From assembly GCF_036321535.1 (NCBI RefSeq), contig NC_087437.1, positions 118,732,001 to 118,796,000 of the forward strand: 64,000 nucleotides of DNA, read 5' to 3'. The DNA comes from Camelus dromedarius. Its lineage: Eukaryota. Positions 62,470 to 64,000 of this stretch are shown one piece after another. Position 1 is the stretch's first letter. Each line of letters starts with the position of its first letter. The translations under genes were made by a program, and so were the position numbers. The notes under the pieces were generated by a model. It was not told the DNA's origin. It saw only the letters and a program-made list of their open reading frames with translations, and made no database searches.

Positions 62470-63379
62470 CTGCAGGCCAGAGACCTCCGATTAGAGAGCT
62501 CCCAAAGCTTCCCACAGTGAGAAGTGAGCAGAGCTCCCGGCCCTGGGGAGGACGGTCCCCTGGTCCCCGGATTCCTCCCACCTTTGCTGGAGGGCAGACG
62601 ATGGGGCCAGCAGGACAAAGGTGCGAGTCCCTGCTGCTGTGAGGACACCTGGCTGTGGGTTCTCCCCATGCACACAGCACCCAGAGACACGGCAGCATCT
62701 CCTGGCCTTTCTGAGTCCCTTCCGACCAGTGGAAGAGGCCACTCTCTACGACACTGCTCTCACTTCCCTGGGCAGCTGAACCGCCTTCAGGTGAGCCCTG
62801 TAATGCAGACTCTCAGGCCCTCCCCAGGGATCAGCCTTAGACTTTCAGTGGGAGCCAGGGACTTGTGTTTCTACAAATTCTCCAGTGATTTCTGATGCAT
62901 GTGGGGCCTGGCGCACATTCTGAGAAACACAGGACGGGCCAAGACCAGCTACATCATTTGTGGGGCCCCCTGCAGAAGGAAAACGCAGAGACCCATGCTC
63001 AGACGTTGGGTACCACAAGACGGCAGTGGCACAGCCTTGCAGCACGCGTGGACCCCTCCGGGTTTTGGGCCTGGGTGACGGCCCAGGCTGAATGCTAGTG
63101 AGGCCAGGACAGATCGAACCCTCAGGTTTCCCGGGTCCACTGGCAGCTGCTGCCCTGGCCGAGAGACTCTCGCCCCGGGCCTGGTGCGCGGCAGGACGAG
63201 GGAGGAGTCAGGACCACGGCTGAGGGTGGAGGAGAGACCGGTCCTTAAGGCTCACCGCCCACGGGCAGAGAGGGGAGAGGCCTCTGCCCAGGTTACTTCT
63301 TCTGTGTGAGGATAAATCTCCATTTGTTTCAGCCCCTGGACTCAGGTCCTCCACTGTTCACAGCCAAATGCAAGGTTTT

Positions 63380-63775
63380 AAACATAAAATTGACAATTCT
63401 AACCGCTTTTAGGTGAGCAGCTCAGGGCGCTAAGCCTTTCTCGCACTGCGGTGCAGCGCGCTCTCCTGTCCGCCTCCAAACCTTCCAGCTCCCACAGCTG
63501 AGACTCTGTCTCCACCAGCAGCTGCCTCCTCCCCCGCCCGTTCCCCGCACTCGACTGTGTCTCTTTGAACCTGACTCCTCTCCATCCGCCATGAAAGTGG
63601 GTCCCACGGGTCTGTGCGCTCGCACTGGCTCATTTCGTTGAGCCTAATGTCTTCAAGGTCCATACACACTGGCGCACGTGTCAGAACGTCCTTCCTTTTT
63701 AAGGCTGACGGCTCTAGCAGCGCATGGACACGTCACACTTCCTGTGTCCTTTCAGCTGTCCGGGACACTCGGGCT
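63380..63775 (-). mobile_element. L1M 3' fragment
   Basis: ctggctcatttcgttgagcctaatgtcttcaaggtccatac...cttcctttttaaggctga. Confidence 0.65.
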
Positions 63776-64000
63776 GTAGTGCTTCAAATGCCTTGTCAAC
63801 GGATATAACTGCTTCCTGATTTCGCTCTGCCCCCCGAGCCCACCAGGCCTAGTATAAGCAGCTAGACAAGGACCACGAGCCAACACACGGCCAACAGGAG
63901 TCAGATGTGGCCCGTTTCATCTGGCCTCAGTGGGTTCTCAAGTGCTCCTCACCTGCTGGGTGCAGTCCCCCACCTGCCTGGGGGCCAAGAAACAACCACT

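Overview
Mammalian genomic DNA, probably camelid, judged from tRNA-derived Vic-1-like SINEs and the absence of recognisable Alu, Bov-A/BovB or PRE-1 SINEs. The window holds the interferon-induced Mx locus. A complete MX2 (MxB) gene lies on the + strand: ISRE and TATA promoter at about 5246-5313, non-coding exon 1, and 13 coding exons from 13696 to 37905 (2139 nt, 712 aa). The 3' eight coding exons of MX1 (MxA) lie on the - strand (62469 down to 46718, polyA signal 46340-46345); its 5' exons are outside the window. The two paralogues are tail-to-tail. The rest is interspersed repeats (ERV/MaLR solo LTRs, L1, L2, MIR, MER5/MER20, SINEs), with family names assigned by eye. I see no new gene system. 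The best leads are: three nested LTRs, including a MER41-like one and a CCAAT-array one, directly upstream of the MX2 ISRE; an inverted pair of MER41-like LTRs bracketing MX2; a probable GC-AG intron; a conserved Met26 short-isoform start; an MX1 L4 loop with no aromatic residue; and local AT-to-GC shifted repeat copies. Apart from those overlapping Mx exons, the supplied ORFs look spurious.
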